Shown in pieces: positions 28,297 to 38,699 of a DNA stretch of 64,000 nucleotides. The stretch is from contig CAWAMW010000002.1 of the NCBI GenBank assembly GCA_963783305.1, positions 416,001 to 480,000 on the forward strand, written 5' to 3'. A program made the position numbers and the translations under genes. This DNA comes from an uncultured Gemmatimonadales bacterium (lineage in GTDB: Bacteria > Gemmatimonadota > Gemmatimonadetes > Longimicrobiales > RSA9). The notes below the pieces were generated by a model. It saw only the letters and a program-made list of their open reading frames with translations, had not been told where the DNA came from and made no database searches. The first letter of the stretch is position 1; each line of letters starts with the position of its first letter.

Positions 28297-29520
28297 ATGC
28301 CGACCGATCCCCCCGACATCACGCACGCGCTCAAGCGCCGCGCCACCCTCGAGGGGTTCAACCTCGTCGGTGTGGCCGCGCTCCAGGCCAGTGATCATGG
28401 GTCGTTCTATCGCTGGTGGCTGGAGCACGGACTCCACGGCTCCATGGAATACCTGGCTCGCGACGACGCCGTCGAGGCCCGGTTGGACCCGCTCGCCCGC
28501 TGGCCCGAGCTGCGCTCCGCGCTGGTCGTGGCCCACGAGTACGGCACCGCCGAGCCGGGCGATGCCGTCGACCCGCCCGACCGCGGCACCATCGCCCGCT
28601 ACGCCCGCGGCCGCGATTACCACAAGGTCGTGAAGAAGAAGCTGCTCCGGCTCCTCGGCTGGCTCGAGGCGGAGGTCGGACGCGATCTTCCCCACGCGCA
28701 CGCGTATGTGGACACCGGTCCTATCCTCGAACGCGACCTGGCCCGCCGGGCGGGAATCGGCTGGCAGGGCCGCAACACCATGCTCATCAACCCGCGCCGC
28801 GGCTCCTACTTCTTCCTCGGCTCCCTCCTGCTCCCACTCGAGCTGGAGCCCGACGAGCCGTTCACCGCCGACCACTGTGGCACCTGCACCGCCTGCCTCG
28901 ACGCCTGCCCCACCGGCGCACTGCTGGGCCGCGACGAGACCGGCGCGCCGGTCATGGACGCCACCCGCTGCATCTCGTACCTCACCATCGAGAACCGGGG
29001 CGCGATCCCGGAGGAGCTCAGGCCGCTCACGGGCAACCGCATCTACGGGTGCGACATCTGCCAGGAGGTGTGTCCGTTCAACCGTAAGTTCTCACCACCA
29101 GGGGTTGAGCCGGCGTATGCGGCGCGATCCCCGGGAGAATCGCCGTTCGGCGTGCAGCGGGCGCCAGGCTCGTCGTCCTCCCATCCCGGGACGGAGGCGC
29201 CATCATTGATCGCGCTGCTGGAGACTGCACTCGATGAGTCTGCATGGAACTCGTTCTCGAGGGGCTCGGCCATTCGCCGAGCCGGCCGGGCCGGCTTCGC
29301 GCGCAACGTCTGCTTAGCGCTCGGCAACTGGGGATCAGTCGACGCGGTACCGGTGCTGACTCGGGCGCTGTCTGACCCGGAGCCGCTTGTCCGCGCGCAC
29401 GCTGCCTGGGCGCTCGGCCGGATCCCGTCCAGTTCCGCTGCATCCGCACTCGAGGTGCAGGCTGCGAGCGAGTCGGATCCATCGGTCTCGAAGGAGGTCG
29501 CGGCCGCGCTTGGGAGCTGA
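28297..29520 (+). CDS. queG: Epoxyqueuosine reductase QueG
   Basis: ARYARGRDYHKV, VDTGPILERDLARRAGIGWQGRN, CGTCTACLDACPTGA, RCISYLTIE, GCDICQEVCPFN, C-terminal HEAT-like PLVRAHAAWAL. Confidence 0.96.
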   Translation: MPTDPPDITHALKRRATLEGFNLVGVAALQASDHGSFYRWWLEHGLHGSMEYLARDDAVEARLDPLARWPELRSALVVAHEYGTAEPGDAVDPPDRGTIARYARGRDYHKVVKKKLLRLLGWLEAEVGRDLPHAHAYVDTGPILERDLARRAGIGWQGRNTMLINPRRGSYFFLGSLLLPLELEPDEPFTADHCGTCTACLDACPTGALLGRDETGAPVMDATRCISYLTIENRGAIPEELRPLTGNRIYGCDICQEVCPFNRKFSPPGVEPAYAARSPGESPFGVQRAPGSSSSHPGTEAPSLIALLETALDESAWNSFSRGSAIRRAGRAGFARNVCLALGNWGSVDAVPVLTRALSDPEPLVRAHAAWALGRIPSSSAASALEVQAASESDPSVSKEVAAALGS

Positions 29521-29566
29521 CGGCCCAACGGGAAATACAGGCGCATGGGCAGCCTCTTCAGCCAGA

Positions 29567-30652
29567 CTACCCCCGTCTTGTTGTTGGCGCGCTTTCCACT
29601 GGCGATCCCGCATGCGATACCCGCATGCCTCGCTCCACGACGACGTCAGCCATGTCTGCGCCGTCGACGACAATGTCGGCGAAGCGGACCGGCAGGCCCA
29701 TCGCGGAATAGAAATCGGGGCGATCCTGCAGATGGAAATGCAGATGCGGCTCCGTGGAATTACCGGAGAACCCGCAGCGTCCGATGATGTCGCCCTGGCT
29801 GACGCTGTCTCCGACCTCCACCGGTATCGAGCCGGGGATGAGGTGCGCGTAGAAACCGTATTCGCCGTCGGCGTGCCGGATGATGACGTGATTGCCCGCC
29901 AGCTGTGTGGCGAGAAAATCCGGCATGAAGTACCCCGTGAACGGCGACTCGTGGTGCCCGTCGTGGAGCGCCACGATCTCTCCGCCCGCGGCGGCGAGGA
30001 CCGGCTCATCGTAGCAGTGGTAGTCCTCCAGGCGACGTCCGCTGCCGCGGTGCCGCGAGAACGCGGGATCTGCCTTCACGAAGTCATACGCGTAGCGCTG
30101 ATTCAGCACCTGCCATGAGTGGGACGTCTCGGGGCTGTGCCCGCCATGGTATACGAGCCATTCACCTTCCAGTGGAAGGCGATAGGTCACGCGCGTCCGG
30201 TAGTTCGCCACGTCTGTCCCGGCTCCGGCAAGGCGCCGTGACGCGGCCATCTGACCGAACGTGATTCGCAGCTGCTGCACCAGGAGGAACGGGTTGAACA
30301 CCGACAGGAACGTCGATGTGAGGAACGCGGCGGCCTGGCCTGGTCTGCCCGCTCTTCGGATGGGACCCGGCACCGGCCAGTCCAGCGCGGGGTGGCGCGT
30401 CGCCGCGATGGTATCGCTCCTGAAGACGTAGCGCTTGAAGATCCAGTTGCAGACCAGGTACAGGCCGAAATAGAGCGACCAGGAGTAAGCCGCCCCCCAT
30501 TGTACCTGCGCGAAGTGAACGAGGACGTACTGGATCGCCGTCGCTCCGGCCAGCGCGATCGACAAGGGATAAAGCCAACTCCAGAACGAACCGGCACGTC
30601 CGGCTCCCTTTGCGGGACCGGCCGTCGGGCTCTTCTTTCGGTTGGCGTCCAT
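29567..30652 (-). CDS. Membrane-anchored M23 family metallopeptidase
   Basis: N-terminal TM helices; QRYAYDF, VLAAAGGEIV, GNHVIIRH, YAHL, GNSTEPHLHF. Confidence 0.85.
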   Translation of the reverse strand: MDANRKKSPTAGPAKGAGRAGSFWSWLYPLSIALAGATAIQYVLVHFAQVQWGAAYSWSLYFGLYLVCNWIFKRYVFRSDTIAATRHPALDWPVPGPIRRAGRPGQAAAFLTSTFLSVFNPFLLVQQLRITFGQMAASRRLAGAGTDVANYRTRVTYRLPLEGEWLVYHGGHSPETSHSWQVLNQRYAYDFVKADPAFSRHRGSGRRLEDYHCYDEPVLAAAGGEIVALHDGHHESPFTGYFMPDFLATQLAGNHVIIRHADGEYGFYAHLIPGSIPVEVGDSVSQGDIIGRCGFSGNSTEPHLHFHLQDRPDFYSAMGLPVRFADIVVDGADMADVVVERGMRVSHAGSPVESAPTTRRG

Positions 30653-30759
30653 GATCGTCATGTCCCGGGAGTGAGTTGCGGCGCGCGAGGGCAGGTGCGG
30701 GCGGGAGGAATGTCGGGGCTGTTTCGGAGATGAGCAACGCCGTAACGGAAAAGCCGACG

Positions 30760-30936
30760 TGGGACGTCTGGTCGCGCGGCTCTGCGATCCGGCGGGCCGT
30801 CGCGATCGGGAACTGGCTCGCTTCGGTGGACGAGCCGCCGGAAGAGGCGGTGGCGGTGCTGCGGGAGGCGCTGGAGAACGAGGAGGCGCTGGTGCGGGAC
30901 CACGCGGCGTGGGCGCTGGAGCGGGTCGTCGATTGA
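30760..30936 (+). pseudogene. queG 3'-end relic 1
   Basis: WDVWSRGSAIRRA-VAIGNWLASVDEPPEEAVAVLREALENEEALVRDHAAWALERVVD* aligns by eye with QueG WNSFSRGSAIRRA...ALGNW...PLVRAHAAWAL, with an internal deletion. Confidence 0.85.
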
Positions 30937-31302
30937 GCCGAAAACGCATGTGCGGTGTGCACCCCGAGTCTGGCCACGCCCCGCCGGTGCGGAGCGACCC
31001 GGTGCGCCAGGCTCCCGAAGCCCGGTCGCCCCCGTGCGGTCAATGTTCCGGACCTCAGGGCGATGAAGGTCTTCGATCGTCACGGCTTTGGGGTTCCTGC
31101 GATAGGATCCAGTCGGAGCTGTAATGGGAAAGGATGCCGGAATGGACCACCACGATGGTCTCGACAGGCTGGAAGCGACCGACCCCGGCTGGATCGCCTG
31201 CGCGGAGGGGCTGTCGTGAGCCGCGGTTTGTAGGCCCGGGAATCTCGCCCGGGCTCGGGACGCGGCATTCGCGGCCTCGAACCGAACGGTCGAGCGGGTG
31301 GA

Positions 31303-32610
31303 TCAACCCGTCTCGGCCGCCGCCACCGGAATCGTAAAGGAGAAGGTCGTACCCCGCCCAACCTCGCTCTCCACCTCGATCGAGCCCGCGTGTGCCTCCA
31401 CGATGCCGCGCGTGATGGCGAGGCCGAGCCCTGCCCCGCCTCGGCGGACTTCGCTGGATTGCCAGAATCGGTCGAAGAGGTGCGCGAGGTCAGGTGTCGC
31501 GATCCCCGGGCCGTCGTCGGAGACGGTGACTCGCGCTACCTGGCCTTCGCGCATCACCCCGATGGAGATGGTGCCGTCTTCGGGCGTGAACTTGACGGCA
31601 TTGCCCACCAGGTTGGCGAGGACCTGCAGCAGCCTGGCCCGGTCGGCCTGCACGACCAGCCCCTCGCCTTCATCGAAATAGAACTCGTGCTGCGCCGCGG
31701 GGGTGCCCGCGCCGAACATGTCCCGGACCTCCTCGAGTACCGAGCCGATATCGACAGCCTCCAACTGTACCGAGAGCTTTCCCGCCTCGATGCTACTTAC
31801 GTCCAGCAGGTCAGCGACCAGCCGGTTCATCCGGTCCGCTGAGCGGACGATGAGTTGCAGGCTGCGACGCCCTTGATCTTCGACCAGGCCCGCTTCTGCA
31901 ATGAACTCCGCCGCCATCCTGATCGTAGCCACCGGATTGCGGAGGTCATGAGCGACGATACCCATGACTTCATCCCGCATCCGGATGGCGTCTCGCGCCT
32001 GCTGGTAGAGCTGAGCGTTGTCGATGGCGACGGCCGCGCGGCGACCGAGCTCCTCGGCAAGCGCCAGATCCTCAGAGCCGTAGGCCCGTCCGGACTCGGC
32101 TGAAATGAAGCTGATCGCCCCGAGCAGCCGCTCGCGCACAGCGAGCGGAACCGTCATGGATGAGCGAATGTCCGCACTTCGGAGCATTTTGAGGTGAGCG
32201 TCATCCTGCGCCATCTCCACCAGCATCTCGTCCGGGAAGTGCGGTAGCAGCTCCGATCGGCCGGTGCGCAGTACCTCGAAGGGAGAGCGAGGCAGTGCGT
32301 CGATGGACGAGTATTCTCCCAGCGCGGTCCGAGCCCGCTCGGCAGACTCGGCATCGACATGGGCGATCGTCGCTACCCGGACCCCCCGTGCCTCGTCCAC
32401 CAGAAAGATTACACACCAGTCGGCGAGCGCTGGAATGAACAGCCCGAGGCCCTGGCGGATGGTTGCTTCGTAGTCGAGCGTAGACGCCAGGACCCGCCCG
32501 GCTTCGACGAGGAGGTCGGTCGCGGACCGCTTAGGGTGGGATTCTGAGCCGTCGTCGTGAGACGCCTGCATGCCTCCCGCGGAGGCGACCGGACGCTCTC
32601 CCAACTCCAT
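31303..32610 (-). CDS. GAF-domain sensor histidine kinase
   Basis: GAF domain (ASTLDYE, LADWC, RRAAVAIDNAQLY), H-box VAHDLRNP, NLVGNAVKF, DDGPGI, GAGLGL. Confidence 0.93.
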   Translation of the reverse strand: MELGERPVASAGGMQASHDDGSESHPKRSATDLLVEAGRVLASTLDYEATIRQGLGLFIPALADWCVIFLVDEARGVRVATIAHVDAESAERARTALGEYSSIDALPRSPFEVLRTGRSELLPHFPDEMLVEMAQDDAHLKMLRSADIRSSMTVPLAVRERLLGAISFISAESGRAYGSEDLALAEELGRRAAVAIDNAQLYQQARDAIRMRDEVMGIVAHDLRNPVATIRMAAEFIAEAGLVEDQGRRSLQLIVRSADRMNRLVADLLDVSSIEAGKLSVQLEAVDIGSVLEEVRDMFGAGTPAAQHEFYFDEGEGLVVQADRARLLQVLANLVGNAVKFTPEDGTISIGVMREGQVARVTVSDDGPGIATPDLAHLFDRFWQSSEVRRGGAGLGLAITRGIVEAHAGSIEVESEVGRGTTFSFTIPVAAAETG

Positions 32611-32919
32611 CCCCCTCTTGCTGATTGACGTTCCGCCTCTGGCGGCCGGGGCCGTATAGCTTCTGCCTGCACAATGCGATGGCCGGACCGCCCCGGCAAT
32701 GCTGCCAGCCCCCGCTCGCTCTACCTACTGCAGCCTCAGCTGTCTTCCCTCAGTCTCGTTGTGTCGTTGCCGAATCTCGGCCCCACCCAACCCGAGCCCG
32801 AACCGTTCATGGACGCACCAGGACCGGTGCAGCCCCAGAACACGGCGAGTCGCGCCCCCTCGGCCACGGCTGCGGATTCCGTGGGCGCGGCAATGGCGTG
32901 AGGCGGCGATTCGTAGGCC

Positions 32920-33062
32920 TCGGTCGCCGCGCTCGACCGCGCCGGTGTGACGCTGCTGGCGGCCAGCGGCCCGCCGACGGGGAACGTCGTGCACGGCGTC
33001 GGCCTGCTGCAGGAGTTCGAACTGCTGATCCAGGCCGGGCTGACCCCTGCCGAGGCGCTGAG
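32920..33062 (+). pseudogene. Amidohydrolase C-terminal fragment
   Basis: SVAALDRAGVTLLAASGPPTGNVVHGVGLLQEFELLIQAGLTPAEAL resembles the AGV.ILAGTD...LH.EL.LLV.AGLTP.EAL motif; the rest of the gene is absent. Confidence 0.7.
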
Positions 33063-33149
33063 TTCCGCGATGCGCTGGAGGATCCGGAGCCGCTGGTGCG
33101 GGAGCACGCGGAGTGGGCTCTGGGGGAAGCTGGAGCAAGCCTCGAGTAG
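33063..33149 (+). pseudogene. queG 3'-end relic 2
   Basis: FRDALEDPEPLVREHAEWALGE versus QueG TRALSDPEPLVRAHAAWALGR. Confidence 0.75.
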
Positions 33150-33239
33150 TCGCTTTATGGCCTCTCGGTGCTCTCGCCGGCCCGCCCGCCCCACCCATCG
33201 AGCCGCGCGGCCTCCGCCTCGCCCCGGCTCGCGCATCCG

Positions 33240-33800
33240 CTACACCATGGACGCGACGATCTGCGACCGGTAGTGCCCCGGCTCAACGGCGGCCACCGCC
33301 ACCCCGAACCCACTCAGTTCCGCCGCCAGGCCATCCGTGTACGTTTCGAGGCCGTGCTTGCTCATGCTGTACGCCCGCCGAGCGGCCCGGTCACGATGCC
33401 GGCGATCGACGTCACGTTCAGGACCCCGACCCCGGCTGTCCAGGAGCAGGTCGGCGAACCCCTTCGTGACCCGGTACGGCCCCATGAGGTACACGTCGAG
33501 CTGGTAGTCCACGACCTCTTCCGGCATTTCGATCAGCTGCTCCATGGTGGAGATTCCGGCGTTGTTGGTCAGGCCGTAGAGGCCCCTGCCCTGCTCCTCC
33601 ACGAAGGCGACGGCCGCGTCGATGTCGCCCAGGACGGTCACGTCCAGCCGGACCGCCGGCACGTTCGGCATGGCGTCCATCCGCGCCATCTCCTCAGGCG
33701 TGCGAGCGCCCGCGTACACGTGAAAGCCGCTCCGGGAGAGGATCTCGGTCATCTTCAGGCCGATGCCGGACGTGGAGCCCGTGACCAGGACCGCCCGCTC
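33240..33800 (-). pseudogene. Short-chain dehydrogenase/reductase, degraded
   Basis: RAVLVTGSTSGIG, NNAGI, YSMSK, VEPG; no start upstream of the Rossmann motif, two compensating frameshifts near 33375-33430, early TAG at 33240. Confidence 0.8.
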
Positions 33801-33855
33801 AGCGCCTCAGGGTCGGCCATCGCCACCGGCTCACCAACTTCGTCGAGCGCCGCTT

Positions 33856-34479
33856 CTACCGGAACGGGTATAGGGAGAGCCCGATATGGAGGCGGACGCC
33901 GGCCAGGCCAATGTCCACGTCGACGGTGCTACCGGCGACCTCGCGCTCCATCAGGCTTCCGGCCGTGAACGACGCAGCACCTTCCACCGCGATGCTCGGG
34001 GCGAGGAAGTACAGCATACCGCCCCCCAGCGAAGCACTGATTCCGCCATAGGTGACCTCGTCCTTATTGAGATCGTCGAACCAGAGTCCGACAATGTTCG
34101 CCTCGGCCTCGAGAAACGGCACCCAACGGCTCTCCCGGCGGAAGTGGAACCTGCCACCCGCGTCGATGAGCAGGAGCCCGTAGCTCTCGCCGGTGGGCAG
34201 GCTCTCGAAGCCGTCGCCTTCCGATATGGACGCGCCCCCCACGCCAATGTAGGCCGTGAACCGCTCCGAGAACCCGTAGCCGGCGCGCACGCCGAATCCT
34301 TCACCCGTGCCATCGCCGCCGCCCTTGTACGCAATGCCGTAGCCGCCCGTTCGTGCGCTCAGATACACGCCCTCCGTGTTGGATGCGTCCGAAACGGCCT
34401 GGGCACCGACGGCCGTCGGCAGGGAGAGCATGGTCAGCAGGATCGCCAGTCGGGCCGTCCAACTCGTTCGTGTTCTCAT
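33856..34479 (-). CDS. Outer-membrane beta-barrel protein (8-stranded type)
   Basis: AAAGGAG RBS, signal peptide, GFGVRAGYGF, RWVPFLE, terminal GLSLYPFR. Confidence 0.78.
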   Translation of the reverse strand: MRTRTSWTARLAILLTMLSLPTAVGAQAVSDASNTEGVYLSARTGGYGIAYKGGGDGTGEGFGVRAGYGFSERFTAYIGVGGASISEGDGFESLPTGESYGLLLIDAGGRFHFRRESRWVPFLEAEANIVGLWFDDLNKDEVTYGGISASLGGGMLYFLAPSIAVEGAASFTAGSLMEREVAGSTVDVDIGLAGVRLHIGLSLYPFR

Positions 34480-34591
34480 TGTGCAGATCTCCTTTGGTTG
34501 AGTTCGAGGGAAATCTGCGTCGATCCTGCACCGGCCGGATGGGCCCGGAGGTGTATTCGGGGGTGTAAATCGAGTGTGCAGCCTCGCCCTC

Positions 34592-37270
34592 TCAGAGCAG
34601 GCGGAGCGCGTTGGCCTTCGCCACCGCCTCCGTCCGGTGCGTGGCGCCGAGCTTGGCGTAGATGTTGGCGACGTGTCGCTTCACGGTGGACGTGCTGATG
34701 AAGAGCTGGTCCGCTATCTCCCTGTTCTTGAGGCCGGCCGCGACGAGGCGCATGACCTCCACCTCCCGAGGAGTGAGCGGGCTTTCGAGCTGCTGTGCCA
34801 GACGGGGGGTGTTCTCCGACCCGACCACGGCCGAGTGCAGTCGCCGGGCGATCGCGCGGCGGGCTCCTCGAGCGACGACCTCACGCAGCCACGGCCTCAG
34901 CGGGGAACCGTCGCGCATGAACACGCCGTGGAAGCGTTCGGCCGCGCCAAGCTCCAGCGCCCGGTCCAGGCAGGCGCTGGCGGCCCCGTCGTCCTGGTGG
35001 AACGCGTGAAATCGGGTCTGGAGGATCAGGATCTCGATCTGACTGCCGACGCGGTCGCCCGACTCGGCGGCTTCGAGCAGCCGGTCGAGCAGCCGGGCGA
35101 TCTGGTCACCGGGCACCTCGCCGCGCTCGAGGCGAGCCAGCCAGAGTCGCGCCAGCGTGATGAGCTCGTACTCGCGGAGGAACTCCGCGTCGTCCTGCAG
35201 CGAAAGCCCGTGCTCTTCCGCCCACGCCTCCACCTCTTCGAGACGGCCGAGGCCGATCAGGATCCGCGCCCGGCGTGCAGGCACGGGCACGGTCTCGGGA
35301 ATCTGGGTGTGCTGGTAGCGACGATCCGCCTTCGCGAGCCACTCGAGCGCGCTTTCGGGATCGCCGCGCGCTTCAGCGAGGGCGGCCATGGCCATGCACC
35401 AGCGGTAGGATCGTTCCTCTTCCGGCGCTTCGGAACAGGCCAGCAACTGGGCCTCGGCGTCCTCCTCCTCCCCTCGCTCCAGCAGGACCTCGGCGAGTCC
35501 GCAGCGAGCTTCCATCATCCTCGACGGGCTCTCGTGCTCGAATCCGAGGGCGTGCTCGTAGCGGGCCGCCGCTTCGGACAACCTTCCCTGGGCGTACAGG
35601 ATCTCCGCGATCGCGTACGTCGCTCTGTGCTGGTACGGTATGTTGCCGGCCAGGCGGTAGCTGTGGAGGGCCTCGTCGAACGACCGGCGAGCGTCGGCCA
35701 ACTCTCCCCGTGACCACTGGGCGAGCCCGAGGATCACGGCAGGGATCCCGTGGAAGAACGGGTCGTCTTTCGGAAGCAGGTCGAGAGCCCGGCGCGCATG
35801 CCGTTCGGTCGCTTCCCTGTCGCCCCTCGCCTGTGCGACATAGGCGCGGGCGGCGGCGAGGGTGCCGGCCAGCGACCGGAACTGCTCGGCGTCGGCCACG
35901 ATCATCCCATTCGTTTCCGCAGGGTCCAGCCAGCGTTCGGCGGAGTCAAGGTAGGGCTCACCCTCGTTGAACCGGCCGGCGTCCAGGAGTGCCCAGCCGT
36001 AGCCGAGACTCAGGACCGGCCTGTGCGGGAGCACGTCCGGGGGAAGAGCTTCGGCCCACCCGAGCCACGTCCCGGGCTGGAACCGCCGATCCATGACCCT
36101 CCACGCCCGCTCGACCGTATCCGCCGCCCGATCGACATCGCCGGATTGCAGGGCGTGGCGAACGGATTCCGGGATGAACCCGTTCGCCTCGTACCATCCG
36201 CTCGCGTGCACGTGCAGGTCCTGAACGAGAGCTGGATCATCGCGGATCAACCGCGCGCGTAACACGTCCGCGAACAGGTGGTGGTAGCGGTACCACTCGC
36301 GCCGCTCGTCCAGCCGGACGATGAACAGGTGCCCCCGCTCCAGCTCTTCCAGGACCGCGGCACTCCGGCGCCCGCCCGTTACCGCGTCGCACAAAGGGCC
36401 GCACATCCGCTCCAGTATGGACGTGCGCAGCAGGAAGTCCTGGACCTCCTGCGTCTGTCGGTGGAGCACTTCCTCGACCAGGACATCGGCAATGTGGCGG
36501 TGGTCTCCCGAGAAGGAGCCGACGAAGCTGCCCATGTCCTCCCGTCCCCGCATGGAGAGCGCCGCGAGCTGCAGCCCGGCGATCCAGCCCTCCGTCCGCC
36601 GCTCGAGGGCGTCGACGGCATCGGCAGGGACATCCAGCCTCATCAAGTCGTTGAGGAAGGCCGCGGCTTCGGTTGCGGTGAAGCGAAGGTCGGCGGGAGT
36701 GACCTCCACCAGTCGACGCTGCCCGCGGAGTCGGCCCAGCGGGAACGGTGGCTCCGAGCGGGACGCGATCACGAGGTGGACCTGGGGCGGGACGTTGTCC
36801 ACGAAGAAGGCCATGCCGTCATGGATTCGCCGATCCTCAATGACGTGGTAGTCATCGAGGAGGATTGTGACGTCGTCGCCGAGCGTGGCCAGCTCGTTGA
36901 TCAGCGCCGTCAGAATGGTCTGGAGCGGAGGAGGCTCCGGAGCGAACAGCATGGCGAGTGGCCGATCGCCGACGTTCGGATCCAACCGTTGCAGGGCCGT
37001 GAAGAAGTAGGCCCAGAAGATCGTCGGGTCGTTGTCAGCCCGGTCGAGCGAGACCCAGCCGGCGGGGCCGTCGCGCTGCGACAGCCATTCGGTCAGCAGC
37101 GTGGTCTTGCCGAACCCCGTCGGCGCCGTCACCAGCGTCAGTGGCTGACGAGCTCCTTCGTCCAGTCGGGCGATGAGCCGTGAGCGCATGAGGTGCGCGG
37201 AGTCCTGTGTCGGGGCGAAGAGCTTCGTCGAGAGAAGCTGGGCCCTCTCTGCGGCCGCGGTCGTGGGCAT
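34592..37270 (-). CDS. MalT-like STAND ATPase / LuxR-family transcriptional regulator
   Basis: [40 protein letters not shown] region, C-terminal LuxR HTH (LTPREVEVM...[14 protein letters not shown]). Confidence 0.93.
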   Translation of the reverse strand: MPTTAAAERAQLLSTKLFAPTQDSAHLMRSRLIARLDEGARQPLTLVTAPTGFGKTTLLTEWLSQRDGPAGWVSLDRADNDPTIFWAYFFTALQRLDPNVGDRPLAMLFAPEPPPLQTILTALINELATLGDDVTILLDDYHVIEDRRIHDGMAFFVDNVPPQVHLVIASRSEPPFPLGRLRGQRRLVEVTPADLRFTATEAAAFLNDLMRLDVPADAVDALERRTEGWIAGLQLAALSMRGREDMGSFVGSFSGDHRHIADVLVEEVLHRQTQEVQDFLLRTSILERMCGPLCDAVTGGRRSAAVLEELERGHLFIVRLDERREWYRYHHLFADVLRARLIRDDPALVQDLHVHASGWYEANGFIPESVRHALQSGDVDRAADTVERAWRVMDRRFQPGTWLGWAEALPPDVLPHRPVLSLGYGWALLDAGRFNEGEPYLDSAERWLDPAETNGMIVADAEQFRSLAGTLAAARAYVAQARGDREATERHARRALDLLPKDDPFFHGIPAVILGLAQWSRGELADARRSFDEALHSYRLAGNIPYQHRATYAIAEILYAQGRLSEAAARYEHALGFEHESPSRMMEARCGLAEVLLERGEEEDAEAQLLACSEAPEEERSYRWCMAMAALAEARGDPESALEWLAKADRRYQHTQIPETVPVPARRARILIGLGRLEEVEAWAEEHGLSLQDDAEFLREYELITLARLWLARLERGEVPGDQIARLLDRLLEAAESGDRVGSQIEILILQTRFHAFHQDDGAASACLDRALELGAAERFHGVFMRDGSPLRPWLREVVARGARRAIARRLHSAVVGSENTPRLAQQLESPLTPREVEVMRLVAAGLKNREIADQLFISTSTVKRHVANIYAKLGATHRTEAVAKANALRLL

Positions 37271-37402
37271 CAGCGTGGGCGGGTTCAGGCGTGGCCGAGC
37301 AATGAACTGAAGGACTTCCGGACCTTACGAGTGGACGACGGTTGCAGCAAGCCGAGCCCGGATTGATCGGGCGCGGTTGCCTCACCCGCCGGTGCGGAGA
37401 GC

Positions 37403-37888
37403 TCATCCCGGACCCCTGAGGGCCTGCTGACGGCGACCTTGCGGCCGGCGCACCGGGGGCGAGGCAGGCTTCAGCCCGTGCGCCGGATTCGCCCAGGCGA
37501 GCACCGCCGCCATCCCGGCAGCCAGTACCAGCAGCCAGATCTTCGGGTTCACCGTCATGAAGTTCAGGAACAAGCCGGCATGGCTTAGCAGATACACGCC
37601 GATCAGGGCCAGCCCCCAGCGCCTGCGCCAGAGCTGGGCCACGGCGCCCACGCTGATCGTAGCGCCCATGAACAGGATGAAGACGAAATAGGAGAGGGGG
37701 GTGAAGCCGAGGATATTGGTGTCGCGCTCGGCGATGAATCGCTGCGTTTCGGCCAGCGCGAGGGCTGCCTCCCCCTCGACGACCCACCAGCCGGAGGCCT
37801 GTCCGATCATCAGCGCGCTCACGCCTGCCCGGATCAGGCCCGAGGCGAAAAAGAGCAGACAAATGACGATGGCGAGCTTGCGTCTCAT
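37403..37888 (-). CDS. Hypothetical membrane protein (about 4 TM helices)
   Basis: MRRKLAIVICLLFFASGL and further hydrophobic helices; start uncertain. Confidence 0.6.
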   Translation of the reverse strand: MRRKLAIVICLLFFASGLIRAGVSALMIGQASGWWVVEGEAALALAETQRFIAERDTNILGFTPLSYFVFILFMGATISVGAVAQLWRRRWGLALIGVYLLSHAGLFLNFMTVNPKIWLLVLAAGMAAVLAWANPAHGLKPASPPVRRPQGRRQQALRGPG

Positions 37889-38270
37889 GAGGCGCCGTGC
37901 CAGGTAGAGGGATGCGAGCCAGAGTGGCGTGGTCGGGATCTCGGGGCGGGAGGACTGGACCCTGGGCACCGTACGCGGCACCGGCCCCTCCGTCAACCTC
38001 CGGACCTCGCCGCATCACGCCTGGTGATCTGCCGCCGGGCGACGTGACGAACACACTCGGCACCGGGCGGTAACAGCTAACGTAAGTGTCAACTGAAATA
38101 TGGGCGTGGACCAATGCTGCAGCCTGTTCGAGGTGGAGCTCATGGTCGAGCTCGAGGCCACCGCAGTAGCGTAGGTCACGCGCTCTCGCTCCTGCGGCAG
38201 GGAGGTCTCGGTTCGCGCAGGCACGGTGGAGATGAAGGATGAGTGGATTTCTCGCGGTGACACCCAATTC

Positions 38271-38389
38271 GTCTGCCCCTGGAACCGCGAGCGGTGGCCA
38301 TGGGCAACTGGGTGGCGGCCGTGGCGGTGCTGAGGGACGCGCTGGAGGACGAGAGCGAGCTGGTGGGGGAGCGTGCGGCGTGGGCGTTG
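38271..38389 (+). pseudogene. queG 3'-end relic 3
   Basis: GTC TGC CCC TGG AAC CGC (VCPWNR), then after a deletion AVAMGNWVAAVAVLRDALEDESELVGERAAWAL. Confidence 0.85.
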
Positions 38390-38436
38390 ACGGTTGTGTC
38401 CTCAGGCTCCCTCGTGACATCGGTGGCACGAGCGGA

Positions 38437-38590
38437 AGGCGGATCACCGGTGTGGCGGCCGAGGAGGAGGTGCCGATCCTGTCGGGCACCAACACGCCCA
38501 ACACCTGATTCTTCCCCGACTTCGGGCTGCACGACGAGATCGAGCTGCTGGTGGAGACGGGGCTCACACCGCTGCGGGCGCTTAGAGGTG
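38437..38590 (+). pseudogene. Second amidohydrolase C-terminal fragment with in-frame stop
   Basis: EEVPILSGTNTPNT*FFPDFGLHDEIELLVETGLTPLRAL; TGA at 38506-38508. Confidence 0.72.
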
Positions 38591-38699
38591 GCCGACTGCT
38601 GACGCGGGCCGGATTAGACCGGCTCCTCGAGGGCGTCGAGCGGGGTTTCGCAGCTGGAGGGCCGGGTCGCCAGCGACGGCTCGGGGCACTGCGCGGGAT

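Noticed and set aside
38506..38508. Selenocysteine or readthrough at the in-frame TGA of the amidohydrolase fragment
   Set aside because: The surrounding gene is a fragment with a degraded catalytic motif, so a nonsense mutation is simpler.
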